The position numbers and the translations under genes are program-made. The notes below the pieces were generated by a model. That model saw only the letters and a program-made list of their open reading frames with translations, was not told the DNA's origin and did no database searches. This document shows positions 14,812 to 25,303 of a stretch of 64,000 bases of DNA, one piece after another; position 1 is the stretch's first letter; the number at the start of each line of letters is the position of its first letter. Source of the DNA: Escherichia coli (lineage in GTDB: Bacteria; Pseudomonadota; Gammaproteobacteria; Enterobacterales; Enterobacteriaceae); NCBI RefSeq assembly GCF_030013205.1, contig NZ_CP122649.1, one strand, 5' to 3'.

Positions 14812-15279
14812 CAGGCAGATATTTGTTTGCAAAATATACAAATGAAGTTTGGACCCATAATCTTCTTGCTTTGGTGTAGGTATAATACCCAAAAACGAAG
14901 TTTATGCGGAACAGGATAACACCTCGAAATCGGAGTTTATATGGCTTCGTGGGGGAGTTATGTGTTTGAGCTTTGTCGCATTAACGCGAATCAGGGGTTG
15001 ACGGCAGAAATAGACTGGAATTACACTTCTTGGAGTCGGCGTTGCCGGAAAATTCTGATTGGATTAGTTGTTCGGGGTGCGAAAACAGTCGTAGTTCGGG
15101 GAAAAAACCGAATTTTGACCCAAAACCGCGAAAAACTCGAAATGACAGTTCCTATCAGTTTTCATAATGAATTAAAACAAAAAAATTAGGCTGCAAAGAT
15201 AGGGAAAATGTGTCAATTTGCGTAAGTGATAATTAGTCAATTAAGATAAATGCTACTTTTGTAATCAAAGCAAAATGAT

Positions 15280-16071
15280 ATGAGCAAGATTTTTGGAATC
15301 GTAAATATAACCACCGATAGTTTTTCCGATGGAGGACTTTATTTAGATACAGATAAGGCAATTGAGCATGCTCTGCATTTGGTTGAAGATGGAGCAGATG
15401 TGATTGATTTGGGAGCCGCTTCCAGTAATCCTGATACAACTGAAGTGGGCGTTGTGGAAGAAATCAAAAGACTCAAACCTGTCATTAAGGCTTTAAAAGA
15501 AAAAGGCATTTCTATTTCTGTTGATACATTTAAACCTGAGGTTCAGAGTTTTTGCATAGAACAAAAGGTTGATTTTATTAATGATATTCAAGGTTTTCCT
15601 TATCCTGAGATTTATTCAGGCTTGGCAAAGTCAGATTGCAAACTTGTGTTGATGCACTCCGTTCAGCGAATTGGTGCAGCTACTAAAGTTGAAACGAATC
15701 CGGAAGAGGTTTTTACTTCCATGATGGAATTTTTTAAAGAAAGAATTGCTGCTTTAGTTGAGGCTGGTGTAAAGCGTGAACGAATTATTCTTGATCCGGG
15801 TATGGGCTTCTTTTTAGGCTCTAATCCAGAAACATCTATTCTTGTTTTGAAGCGTTTCCCTGAAATTCAAGAAGCTTTTAATTTGCAAGTAATGATTGCA
15901 GTGTCACGGAAATCATTCTTAGGTAAAATAACTGGAACCGATGTGAAATCTCGTTTAGCACCAACTCTTGCAGCAGAAATGTATGCATACAAAAAAGGTG
16001 CAGATTATCTCCGCACCCATGATGTTAAGTCTTTATCAGATGCCTTGAAAATATCCAAAGCCCTAGGTTAG
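15280..16071 (+). CDS. sul3: sulfonamide-resistant dihydropteroate synthase Sul3
   Basis: 263-aa product MSKIFGIVNITTDSFSDGGLYLDTDKAIEHALHLVEDGADVIDLGAASSNPDTTEV...; typical qacH-IS440-sul3 context. Confidence 0.85.
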   Translation: MSKIFGIVNITTDSFSDGGLYLDTDKAIEHALHLVEDGADVIDLGAASSNPDTTEVGVVEEIKRLKPVIKALKEKGISISVDTFKPEVQSFCIEQKVDFINDIQGFPYPEIYSGLAKSDCKLVLMHSVQRIGAATKVETNPEEVFTSMMEFFKERIAALVEAGVKRERIILDPGMGFFLGSNPETSILVLKRFPEIQEAFNLQVMIAVSRKSFLGKITGTDVKSRLAPTLAAEMYAYKKGADYLRTHDVKSLSDALKISKALG

Positions 16072-16317
16072 TTTTATTTTTTTAGCTTTCTAAATGAATA
16101 TGCTATACTTGCTCTGAAGTTGTGTTGGCGTACTTGACTTAGGTCTGGATCTTTCGAACTGTTACTAAGAGGGTAATCATAGCCAAACATAAACTGGAAA
16201 TGTCCTAATTCTAAACCTGTTCCAATACCTACACTATAATCAAGAGGACTTAAACTTCCATCACTTCCAAAAGGTTTTGTGTACTTCTCTTGAGTTTTCG
16301 TAGCTAAATAGTAGTGT

Positions 16318-17004
16318 TTGTTGGTAAATCCAAATAATCCAATATTCAATCTTGCGACCGGGAAAGTCCTCTTGAAAGTACCACAAGTTCGCGGGATGGA
16401 GTTTTATCCCAGCTGCATCGAGAAAGGCATGCGCAGTGAGCGTGCTCTCAAGCTCGCCATCGCCGAAATGTATGTCAAAGGAGTAAGTACCCGCAGGGTC
16501 TCGGATATCGTCGAAATTCTTTGTGGCACCGAAGTCAGCTCGTCCCAGGTCAGCAGGCTGGCAAAGGAGCTCGATGAAGAGATTACGTCTTGGAAGGCGC
16601 AGCCTGTCGGACAGATTCAATACTTGGTACTTGATGCGACCTATGAATCGGTTCGCGTCGGTTCCCATGTGGTCAAGCAGGCGCTTCTAGTGGCTATTGG
16701 CGTTGATTACAGCGGGAATCGGCATATTCTTGACGCCGAAGTCGCGAACAGTGAGGCAGAGGTAAACTGGCGTTCCTTTCTCGAGGGTCTCGTACGACGA
16801 GGGATGCACGGCCTGCGAATGATCACCAGTGATGACCACTCAGGACTGCGCGCGGCAATCGATGCTGTCTTCCCTGGAATTCTGTGGCAACGCTGCCAGT
16901 TTCATCTGCAGCAGAATGCCCACTCCTACGTCACGAAAAAAGATGAGATCCCGCTGATAGCCGCTGATATTCGGAAGGTGTTCAATCGGAATATGTCAAG
17001 ATAG
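16318..17004 (+). pseudogene. IS256-family transposase fragment (IS440-like), N-terminus missing
   Basis: C-terminal DDE region ...ERALKLAIAEMYVKGVSTRRVSD...WQRCQFHLQQNA...; fragment length only. Confidence 0.55.
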
Positions 17005-17250
17005 TTTATGCCAGATTTTTGAGAGGTTTGCATCAAGCAGCCTTCGAAAGAGGACGGCATGACATTGAGACCGGCAAGGCGTCGTAGATACGCACTTTCC
17101 CAGTACGCCACCGTAAGGGGTTTTTCTCTTTGGCAGCAAGAATGGTTTGGTTTCTTTTTTCCTCGGCGCCGTAGGCGTCCGACTAACACCTGAATTAAGC
17201 CGCGCCGCGAAGCGGCGTCGGCTTGAATGAACTGTTAGATGCCAGCCCGA

Positions 17251-17583
17251 TCAATGTGCGCTGACCTTGGATAGCAGATTTAGAACGGCGACGCCACTAA
17301 CGATAAGTCCCATGCCAACGAACGCCCACAAGTCTAGTTTCTGGCCATGGAAGATCCAAGCGATAGCTGCCACAAGTACGATGCCGAGGCCAGCCCAAAC
17401 AGCATAAGCAATGCCGACCGGGATGGACTTGAGTGCGAGAGAGAGGAAATAGAACGCAAGCCCGTAGCCAGCCACAACTACAACAGAAGGAACTAACTTG
17501 GTGAATCCATGGCTGGACTTCAGTGCGGAAGTTGCGACGACCTCACCAAATATTGCAATAGCCAGAAAGAGCCAGTTCTTCAC
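17251..17583 (-). CDS. qacH: SMR-family quaternary ammonium compound efflux protein (qacH/qacL type)
   Basis: 110-aa product from GTG start [24 protein letters not shown]...; four TM segments. Confidence 0.75.
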   Translation of the reverse strand: MKNWLFLAIAIFGEVVATSALKSSHGFTKLVPSVVVVAGYGLAFYFLSLALKSIPVGIAYAVWAGLGIVLVAAIAWIFHGQKLDLWAFVGMGLIVSGVAVLNLLSKVSAH

Positions 17584-17752
17584 GTGCAATCTCCTCTACG
17601 GTATGAAGGATAAATAGTGGTGGCTATGAGTTGCCAAAAACAGTCTTGCGGCTGTCGATTTTCTGTGAGCATACGCAACGCCAAATCTGGCATCTAACGC
17701 TTGAGTTAAGCCGCGCCGCGAAGCGGCGTCGGCTTGAACGAATTGTTAGACA

Positions 17753-18544
17753 TTATTTGCCGACTACCTTGGTGATCTCGCCTTTCACGTAGTGAACAAA
17801 TTCTTCCAACTGATCTGCGCGGGAGGCCAAGCGATCTTCTTCTTGTCCAAGATAAGCCTGTCTAGCTTCAAGTATGACGGGCTGATACTGGGCCGGCAGG
17901 CGCTCCATTGCCCAGTCGGCAGCGACATCCTTCGGCGCGATTTTGCCGGTTACTGCGCTGTACCAAATGCGGGACAACGTAAGCACTACATTTCGCTCAT
18001 CGCCAGCCCAGTCGGGCGGCGAGTTCCATAGCGTTAAGGTTTCATTTAGCGCCTCAAATAGATCCTGTTCAGGAACCGGATCAAAGAGTTCCTCCGCCGC
18101 TGGACCTACCAAGGCAACGCTATGTTCTCTTGCTTTTGTCAGCAAGATAGCCAGATCAATGTCGATCGTGGCTGGCTCGAAGATACCTGCAAGAATGTCA
18201 TTGCGCTGCCATTCTCCAAATTGCAGTTCGCGCTTAGCTGGATAACGCCACGGAATGATGTCGTCGTGCACAACAATGGTGACTTCTACAGCGCGGAGAA
18301 TCTCGCTCTCTCCAGGGGAAGCCGAAGTTTCCAAAAGGTCGTTGATCAAAGCTCGCCGCGTTGTTTCATCAAGCCTTACGGTCACCGTAACCAGCAAATC
18401 AATATCACTGTGTGGCTTCAGGCCGCCATCCACTGCGGAGCCGTACAAATGTACGGCCAGCAACGTCGGTTCGAGATGGCGCTCGATGACGCCAACTACC
18501 TCTGATAGTTGAGTCGATACTTCGGCGATCACCGCTTCCCTCAT
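17753..18544 (-). CDS. aadA1: aminoglycoside 3''-adenylyltransferase AadA1
   Basis: 263-aa product MREAVIAEVSTQLSEVVGVIERHLEPTLLAVHLYGSAVDGGLKPHSDIDLLV... Confidence 0.9.
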   Translation of the reverse strand: MREAVIAEVSTQLSEVVGVIERHLEPTLLAVHLYGSAVDGGLKPHSDIDLLVTVTVRLDETTRRALINDLLETSASPGESEILRAVEVTIVVHDDIIPWRYPAKRELQFGEWQRNDILAGIFEPATIDIDLAILLTKAREHSVALVGPAAEELFDPVPEQDLFEALNETLTLWNSPPDWAGDERNVVLTLSRIWYSAVTGKIAPKDVAADWAMERLPAQYQPVILEARQAYLGQEEDRLASRADQLEEFVHYVKGEITKVVGK

Positions 18545-18636
18545 GATGTTTAACGCCTGAGCTCAGCCGACCGAAACCGCGTAGCGGTTTTGGGTCGGCT
18601 GCAGCGATTTGTTGGGCGATAGCTTGCCACATTCTC

Positions 18637-19893
18637 TCAACGATTGGGATTTGATGTACTTTCCGCACTTTGTAGCGCGACCACATCATGCTCCCCCTGG
18701 CCGCGAGAGCCCTTCACTCGGGAAACACAAGACAGACCGAGCACGACTGTTGCAAGGGTCAAACAGTACACGACAACCGGCCAAGCCGTGTTGCGCGGCA
18801 ACAGCGAAATGATCAACGTTCCGATGCTTCCTAGCAGTACACCGCCCAAGCAGAAGTAGACTGCCGTGACCGTTCCAGCAACATGGTCGAATCCTCGAAG
18901 AGCGCCATTGGGCGCCACAGATACCGCTGTGGCGACACCAATACCCACTAGCCACATTGGAGCAATAAAGCCTAACACGGACTGCAAAGCCCATATTTCG
19001 GTGATGGCAAGCAATACTGCTCCAGCTATCAGGCATCCCATTCCCATTCGCAAGACACTTGGGCTGCCCCACTTGGGTATCACACGCCCCATAAAACGAG
19101 CCGTAAACACCATGGCAATTGCCACTGTGGCGAACAGCAGGCTGAAGCCAAGCTGAGACACACCTTGCCTGCCCATCATTAGTCCGGGCGCAATGGAGAA
19201 AAAGACGAAGAAGCTACCCATTCCAGCGGCGTAACACAACGTGTACAACCAGAAGTTCAGGCACTTAACGGGGAGTAGCAGCTGCGACCATTGCAAGCCC
19301 GCAACTCGTTGCACCCGGGTTTCAGGCCAGAATCGCCACGCTGCTGCAGATGCAGCGATCATGCCCAAACCTAGAAACGCAAAGATAGCCCGCCACCCAA
19401 GCCACATGTCGACGAGCGCTCCGAGCAATGGGCCTACCGCCGGGACCATGGCCAGCATGGATCCGAGTATGCCGTAAATGACATTACTTTCCTCGCGACC
19501 TGCGTAAATGTCACGTACTGTTGCAAATGTGGAAACAAGGCACGCCGAGGCACCACAAGCCTGAAGAATCCGAAGCCCCAGAAAGACTTCAGCCGATGAC
19601 GTAAGAGCGAGGCCCATTGACGCCACAACGTAGGCGAGGCCACCTCCCAGTAGAACGGGGCGGCGCCCCAGTCGGTCCGATAGCGGTCCAAACAAGAGCT
19701 GACCGGCACCAATCATGACCAAGTACGTTGTCAGCGTAAGCTGAATTGTGCTCGCTGTCGTACCAAGCGCGTTTGGCATAAACGGCACTGCTGGCAAGTA
19801 CATGTCCATGCCGAGTGATGCCAATAAATCGAACGGTGATAACAACAACACCGTGGCGGCAAGGGAGTACCGCCAACTAAAGTTTTTTGAGCT
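18637..19893 (-). CDS. cmlA1: chloramphenicol efflux MFS transporter CmlA1
   Basis: 419-aa product from GTG start (V)SSKNFSWRYSLAATVLLLSPFDLLASLGMDMYLPAVPFM...; the track ORF includes a 16-codon leader. Confidence 0.85.
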   Translation of the reverse strand, partial: SSKNFSWRYSLAATVLLLSPFDLLASLGMDMYLPAVPFMPNALGTTASTIQLTLTTYLVMIGAGQLLFGPLSDRLGRRPVLLGGGLAYVVASMGLALTSSAEVFLGLRILQACGASACLVSTFATVRDIYAGREESNVIYGILGSMLAMVPAVGPLLGALVDMWLGWRAIFAFLGLGMIAASAAAWRFWPETRVQRVAGLQWSQLLLPVKCLNFWLYTLCYAAGMGSFFVFFSIAPGLMMGRQGVSQLGFSLLFATVAIAMVFTARFMGRVIPKWGSPSVLRMGMGCLIAGAVLLAITEIWALQSVLGFIAPMWLVGIGVATAVSVAPNGALRGFDHVAGTVTAVYFCLGGVLLGSIGTLIISLLPRNTAWPVVVYCLTLATVVLGLSCVSRVKGSRGQGEHDVVALQSAESTSNPNR

Positions 19894-20157
19894 CACGAAA
19901 CCATCTCCTTGAACAAAGGATTTGGCGGCGCTCCCGTAGAGCAAAAGGATTCATGAGAACGCCGCAACAACCGAAAAATGAAGGTTGCTGCGGCTTACTT
20001 GTCTGCGTTCTTGGAAGTGCTCATCTGCTGACTATCTCATGATTGAATTTGAATCGTAACAACTTTCAAGCAACTCTGCAAGGAGCCTTATTGTGCGCCC
20101 AACGCCGGAGTTAAGCCGCCGCGCGTAGCGCGGTCGGCTTGAACGAATTGTTAGACA

Positions 20158-20949
20158 TCATTTACCAACTGACTTGATGATCTCGCCTTTCACAAAGCGA
20201 ATAAATTCTTCCAAGTGATCTGCGCGTGAGGCCAAGTGATCTTCTTTTTGTCCCAGATAAGCTTGCTTAGCTTCAAGTAAGACGGGCTGATACTGGGCAG
20301 GTAGGCGTTTTATTGCCCAGTCGGCAGCGACATCCTTCGGCGCGATTTTGCCGGTTATTGCGCTGTACCAAATGCGGGACAACGTAAGCACTACATTTCG
20401 CTCATCGCCGGCCCAGTCGGGCTGCGAGTTCCATAGCTTCAAGGTTTCCCTCAGCGCCTCGAATAGATCCTGTTCAGGAACCGGGTCAAAGAATTCCTCC
20501 GCTGCCGGACCTACCAAGGCAACGCTATGTTCTCTTGCTTTTGTAAGCAGGATAGCTAGATCAATGTCGATCATGGCTGGCTCGAAGATACCCGCAAGAA
20601 TGTCATTGCGCTGCCATTCTCCAAATTGCAGCTCGCGCTTAGCCGGATAACGCCACGGGATGATGTCGTCATGCACGACAAGGGTGACTTCTATAGCGCG
20701 GAGCGTCTCGCTCTCGCCAGGGAAAGCCGAAGCCTCCATAAGGTCATTGAGCAATGCTCGCCGCGTCGTTTCATCAAGCTTTACGGCCACAGTAACCAAC
20801 AAATCAATATCGCTGTATGGCTTCAGGCCGCCATCCACTGCGGAGCCGTACAAATGCACGGCCAGCAACGTTGATTCCAGATGGCGCTCAATGACGCTTA
20901 GCACCTCTGATAGTTGGTTCGAAATTTCGATGGTCACCGCTACCCTCAT
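20158..20949 (-). CDS. aadA2: aminoglycoside 3''-adenylyltransferase AadA2
   Basis: Product MRVAVTIEISNQLSEVLSVIERHLESTLLAVHLYGSAVDGGLKPYSDIDLLV... Confidence 0.9.
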   Translation of the reverse strand: MRVAVTIEISNQLSEVLSVIERHLESTLLAVHLYGSAVDGGLKPYSDIDLLVTVAVKLDETTRRALLNDLMEASAFPGESETLRAIEVTLVVHDDIIPWRYPAKRELQFGEWQRNDILAGIFEPAMIDIDLAILLTKAREHSVALVGPAAEEFFDPVPEQDLFEALRETLKLWNSQPDWAGDERNVVLTLSRIWYSAITGKIAPKDVAADWAIKRLPAQYQPVLLEAKQAYLGQKEDHLASRADHLEEFIRFVKGEIIKSVGK

Positions 20950-21006
20950 GATGTCTAACACCAGAATTAAGCCGCGCCGCGAAGCGGCGTCGGCTTGAAT
21001 GACTTG

Positions 21007-21615
21007 TTAGCGCCCACCTGCGACGCCAACCTCTTGCCACTGATAGTACTGCTTAGTAGCAATGGCCAGCATATCCAGGTCCTCCGGCGTGTCTCCGTAC
21101 GCGTAGATGGTCGGATATGTCGCCAGGTCGTAGCGCTCACGGACCAAGCGAGCCTTCTCCGTCAAGACGCACTGCCGCCCTTCATAGCGGCCCGTTAGGA
21201 TTCCGTCCGACTGTTGCAAGGAAGAACAGATGAGCTCAACGCCGTGCGAGTCGCACCACGGCTCCAAGTAAGCCTCAAGTCCGCCGGAAACAACGACAAC
21301 CTTGTGCCCCTGCGCTTTGTGCCATGCGATGCGCTGCATTGCCTCGCCGCGGAGGGTATTGGGCAGGTAGCTCTGAGCGAAGTCACGACCTTGGGCCTCC
21401 AGGACCGAGGCCGGGATGCCGCTGTAAGCGAAGCGAACGATGACGCGACGGATCAGGGTGCCAGACAAGATCCCAATCTTATACCCAAGCACGAGCGGCG
21501 CCAGAAGCAGTTGTCCCACAAGCAGTCGACGTCGGCTCACGGACCGCCGCACAAAATCCGGCATCGTCTCGCGAGTGGTAATTGTGCCATCGAAGTCAAA
21601 GAGTGCGAGAGACAT
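21007..21615 (-). CDS. psp: HAD-family phosphatase cassette gene (psp)
   Basis: 202 aa, N-terminal DxDGT motif (LFDFDGTIT); sits between estX and aadA2 as in sul3-linked arrays. Confidence 0.7.
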   Translation of the reverse strand: MSLALFDFDGTITTRETMPDFVRRSVSRRRLLVGQLLLAPLVLGYKIGILSGTLIRRVIVRFAYSGIPASVLEAQGRDFAQSYLPNTLRGEAMQRIAWHKAQGHKVVVVSGGLEAYLEPWCDSHGVELICSSLQQSDGILTGRYEGRQCVLTEKARLVRERYDLATYPTIYAYGDTPEDLDMLAIATKQYYQWQEVGVAGGR

Positions 21616-21710
21616 GCGTTGTGGGCGCTAACGCCTTGCTCACCGGAAAATTGCGAGCGCAGCGAGTAATTTTTCCGGTGCAGCAACTTGTTGTACGGTG
21701 CAACCGATAG

Positions 21711-22553
21711 CTATGACGTTTGCCCCTTAATCGCCTGGATAATCCTCGGCCAGTCTTCATGATGCAACTCATGTCCCGTGCCTTCGAGTGTCAGCATTTT
21801 TGAACCACGAATCGCATCTTTCAGTGCCAACCCATGCACATAAGGAAGTACAGGATCCTCCGTGCCGTGAATGATCAAAGTTGGTACAGCTATCTCATTT
21901 AATCTCCCGAGCCATCTCTCGCCACCACCTAAAGTAGTGTGGTTGAATGTTGTCAGGATATTCGGAGTGCGATCAAAATTTAACTCAGCGATGTTTTGTA
22001 TCTTCTCAGCGTCAAAAGCATGCGCAGTACCTGAGTTGATTCGCCACGCTCCGACCTGATACGCGACGACAGCATCTCTATCAGACCAATCCAGCGATTC
22101 CGCCCGTTGGTGATACTCAATGATGGCAGGATCAAAAGCGGGCATATCCGGATCTGCATCTGCAAGCCGTTCTGAAGCAATCAGCGTCAAGCTCTTCACA
22201 CGTTTCGGATACTTGAGAGCTACAAGCTGGGAAAGAAATCCCCCCAAAGACATGCCGACTAAATGAGCAGCTTCCAGACCATAACCATCAATGACGCGAA
22301 CCACATCATCTGCTAATTCTTCAACGGAATATGGAGCCTGACCTGGCTCATAGCTTGTTGATTTCCCGGTATCACGGTGGTCGTACCGGATCACATAGCG
22401 ACCCATTTTGGCAAGTTGGGAACAAAACTCATCAGGCCACCACACCGCAGACGACATTGCCCCCATGATCAGAATAATGGGTTCATGGGCCGGGTCGCCG
22501 AATGATTCGGTATAGAGTGAAATCGCTTTATCAACAACTACCTTTTCTTTCAT
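21711..22553 (-). CDS. estX: alpha/beta-hydrolase cassette gene (estX putative esterase)
   Basis: GxSxG-type nucleophile elbow (GMSLGG); first cassette after attI1; start chosen at MKEKVVV, the track ORF extends further upstream. Confidence 0.7.
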   Translation of the reverse strand: MKEKVVVDKAISLYTESFGDPAHEPIILIMGAMSSAVWWPDEFCSQLAKMGRYVIRYDHRDTGKSTSYEPGQAPYSVEELADDVVRVIDGYGLEAAHLVGMSLGGFLSQLVALKYPKRVKSLTLIASERLADADPDMPAFDPAIIEYHQRAESLDWSDRDAVVAYQVGAWRINSGTAHAFDAEKIQNIAELNFDRTPNILTTFNHTTLGGGERWLGRLNEIAVPTLIIHGTEDPVLPYVHGLALKDAIRGSKMLTLEGTGHELHHEDWPRIIQAIKGQTS

Positions 22554-22583
22554 ACTTAAATTGCCTTCGAGTTCTACGTACAA

Positions 22584-22650
22584 CTTTGTTTTAGGGCGAC
22601 TGCCCTGCTGCGTAACATCGTTGCTGCTCCATAACATCAAACATCGACCC
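22584..22650 (-). other. attI1 recombination site of the class 1 integron
   Basis: Reverse complement of the 5'-conserved segment ...GCAGTCGCCCTAAAACAAAGTT at the cassette junction. Confidence 0.7.
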
Positions 22651-22719
22651 ACGGCGTAACGCGCTTGCTGCTTGGATGCTCGAGGCATAGACTGTACAAA
22701 AAAACAGTCATAACAAGCC

Positions 22720-23257
22720 ATGAAAACCGCCACTGCGCCGTTACCACCGCTGCGTTCGGTCAAGGTTCTGGACCAGTTGCGTGAGCGCATACGCTACTTG
22801 CATTACAGTTTACGAACCGAACAGGCTTATGTCCACTGGGTTCGTGCCTTCATCCGTTTCCACGGTGTGCGTCACCCGGCAACCTTGGGCAGCAGCGAAG
22901 TCGAGGCATTTCTGTCCTGGCTGGCGAACGAGCGCAAGGTTTCGGTCTCCACGCATCGTCAGGCATTGGCGGCCTTGCTGTTCTTCTACGGCAAGGTGCT
23001 GTGCACGGATCTGCCCTGGCTTCAGGAGATCGGAAGACCTCGGCCGTCGCGGCGCTTGCCGGTGGTGCTGACCCCGGATGAAGTGGTTCGCATCCTCGGT
23101 TTTCTGGAAGGCGAGCATCGTTTGTTCGCCCAGCTTCTGTATGGAACGGGCATGCGGATCAGTGAGGGTTTGCAACTGCGGGTCAAGGATCTGGATTTCG
23201 ATCACGGCACGATCATCGTGCGGGAGGGCAAGGGCTCCAAGGATCGGGCCTTGATGT
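22720..23257 (+). pseudogene. intI1: class 1 integron integrase intI1, truncated after about 179 codons by IS26
   Basis: [53 protein letters not shown]... running into the IS26 terminal repeat at 23258. Confidence 0.9.
22806..22835 (-). promoter_or_regulatory. integron cassette promoter Pc, weak variant (PcW: TGGACA, 17 bp, TAAACT)
   Basis: Reverse complement reads TGGACATAAGCCTGTTCGGTTCGTAAACT inside the intI1 coding region; no TGN extension. Confidence 0.7.
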
Positions 23258-24077
23258 GGCACTGTTGCAAATAGTCGGTGGTGATAAACTTATCATCCCC
23301 TTTTGCTGATGGAGCTGCACATGAACCCATTCAAAGGCCGGCATTTTCAGCGTGACATCATTCTGTGGGCCGTACGCTGGTACTGCAAATACGGCATCAG
23401 TTACCGTGAGCTGCAGGAGATGCTGGCTGAACGCGGAGTGAATGTCGATCACTCCACGATTTACCGCTGGGTTCAGCGTTATGCGCCTGAAATGGAAAAA
23501 CGGCTGCGCTGGTACTGGCGTAACCCTTCCGATCTTTGCCCGTGGCACATGGATGAAACCTACGTGAAGGTCAATGGCCGCTGGGCGTATCTGTACCGGG
23601 CCGTCGACAGCCGGGGCCGCACTGTCGATTTTTATCTCTCCTCCCGTCGTAACAGCAAAGCTGCATACCGGTTTCTGGGTAAAATCCTCAACAACGTGAA
23701 GAAGTGGCAGATCCCACGATTCATCAACACGGATAAAGCGCCCGCCTATGGTCGCGCGCTTGCTCTGCTCAAACGCGAAGGCCGGTGCCCGTCTGACGTT
23801 GAACACCGACAGATTAAGTACCGGAACAACGTGATTGAATGCGATCATGGCAAACTGAAACGGATAATCAACGCCACGCTGGGATTTAAATCCATGAAGA
23901 CGGCTTACGCCACCATCAAAGGTATTGAGGTGATGCGTGCACTACGCAAAGGCCAGGCCTCAGCATTTTATTATGGTGATCCCCTGGGCGAAATGCGCCT
24001 GGTAAGCAGAGTTTTTGAAATGTAAGGCCTTTGAATAAGACAAAAGGCTGCCTCATCGCTAACTTTGCAACAGTGCC
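23258..24077 (+). mobile_element. IS26 copy 3 (820 bp, Tnp26 with N at position 184)
   Basis: Terminal repeats GGCACTGTTGCAAA; followed by TAGCGGGG, identical to the 8 bp preceding copy 1. Confidence 0.95.
23321..24025 (+). CDS. tnp26: IS26 transposase Tnp26
   Basis: 234-aa product; AAC codon at position 184. Confidence 0.95.
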   Translation: MNPFKGRHFQRDIILWAVRWYCKYGISYRELQEMLAERGVNVDHSTIYRWVQRYAPEMEKRLRWYWRNPSDLCPWHMDETYVKVNGRWAYLYRAVDSRGRTVDFYLSSRRNSKAAYRFLGKILNNVKKWQIPRFINTDKAPAYGRALALLKREGRCPSDVEHRQIKYRNNVIECDHGKLKRIINATLGFKSMKTAYATIKGIEVMRALRKGQASAFYYGDPLGEMRLVSRVFEM

Positions 24078-24851
24078 TAGCGGGGTAATGTTGAGGCAGC
24101 GCATGGCTCGGGCAAACTGGGTTTCACCGGGACCAGTGGTAGCGTGCTTATTATTGACTCTGAATACGCTGGCTTTATCGCTGTAAAGGATCATGGGCTT
24201 ACCGTATTTCTCGATATAGCCACGGGTCGCTTCAAAATAGCTAAAGGTGGACTCAGATTTAACAAACAGCAGGTGCATCAGACGACTGGTGGCATCGTCG
24301 ACATATACAAGTGCCGTACAAGGCCGACCCCGGTTTTCAAACCAGTGATGGTCACAGCCGTCAATCTGTATAAGCTCGCCAGTACAGGGCCGCCGGTAAC
24401 GGGGCTGATGAATTTTCGGTGCGCGTTGTCTTCGGGGGATCCAGAGTCCGGCTTTTATCATAAGGCGTCTGATGGTTTCCTTGCCCAGGACCAGACCGTG
24501 AACTTCCTCCAGTTTTTCCCGGGCCAGCGTGGGGCCAAAATCGCGGTAGCGTTCTCGTATGATACTCAGTGCCTGGTCAGTCAGTGATGTGGGCAACAGG
24601 CGGTTGCCAGTGCGACCGCGACTCTGGTTGTTCATACCAAGCGGCCCGGACTGGCGATAACGCTTCAGCAGACGGCTGCAATGACGTGGCGTGATGCCGA
24701 GCATCTCGGCAGCCTGGCCAGGACGCAGGTTACGTTCAACGACATCCTGAAGAATTTTGAGGCGGTTGATTTCTTTCACGGTGAACATCCCGGCGTCATG
24801 TATAGCCATAGAAAACTCCTCATCAGGAAAAGCGAGTCGTTGACTAGGCAT
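24078..24851 (-). pseudogene. 5' half of the integrase-type (ISNCY/IS1202-like) transposase gene split by the IS26-bounded insertion
   Basis: N-terminal HTH plus start of rve core (...ELIQIDGCDHHWFENRGRPCTALVYVDDATSRLMHL...); frame-continuous with 6336-7009; boundaries of the element itself not determined. Confidence 0.75.
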
Positions 24852-25303
24852 ACAGGTTTGAAAACTATAGCCTGGACATTCCTAATGAGCCACAAATAGA
24901 CATTAGCATTGAGCCTCTACACTTAGTGCGTATAAGATGGATTATGTTAAATATGGTGGGTTTGCTCTTAAGTTCATAAGACACTCCCACTAACTGATAA
25001 ATCAATACGTTAGGATTTCTGATCTCCCCTCTCGTTTCTTGCATTAGGTACAGAGTACATTCTCTTCATGTTGTTCTGAGGTGAGCATATCACCTCTGTT
25101 CAGGTGGCCAAATTCAGTGTGCCACTTCAGTATTGATCGGAAGGTCGTTAGTGAACACTCGCACGAAGCGAAATAATTTGCACTATTTTGAAAAGCCAAC
25201 CTGTCGGTTTTTTTGTTATGCGCGCCATTCGCCACTCAGCGCTTTCTTCTGACAGCATGTTGCTTTAATGTAAAATATACTCAGCCTTCTCCGGAGAATC
25301 GAA

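Larger units (their letters stand above)
17185..22590 (-). other. class 1 integron cassette array (estX-psp-aadA2-cmlA1-aadA1-qacH) with attC sites
   Basis: Repeated aadA-type attC cores (TTAAGCCGCGCCGCGAAGCGGCGTCGGCTTGAA plus GTTAGAC/GTTAGAT) at about 17190-17250, 17693-17752, 20100-20157 and 20945-21006; other attC between cmlA1/aadA1 and estX/psp. Confidence 0.8.

Noticed and set aside
16074-16668. Two minus-strand ORFs between sul3 and the IS440 fragment
   Set aside because: They overlap the IS256-family transposase remnant on the opposite strand and lack motifs.
21711-22790. First integron cassette as dfrA12 (dfrA12-orfF-aadA2 array)
   Set aside because: The product is a roughly 280-aa alpha/beta hydrolase with a GxSxG elbow, not a dihydrofolate reductase; the estX-psp-aadA2 array fits instead.
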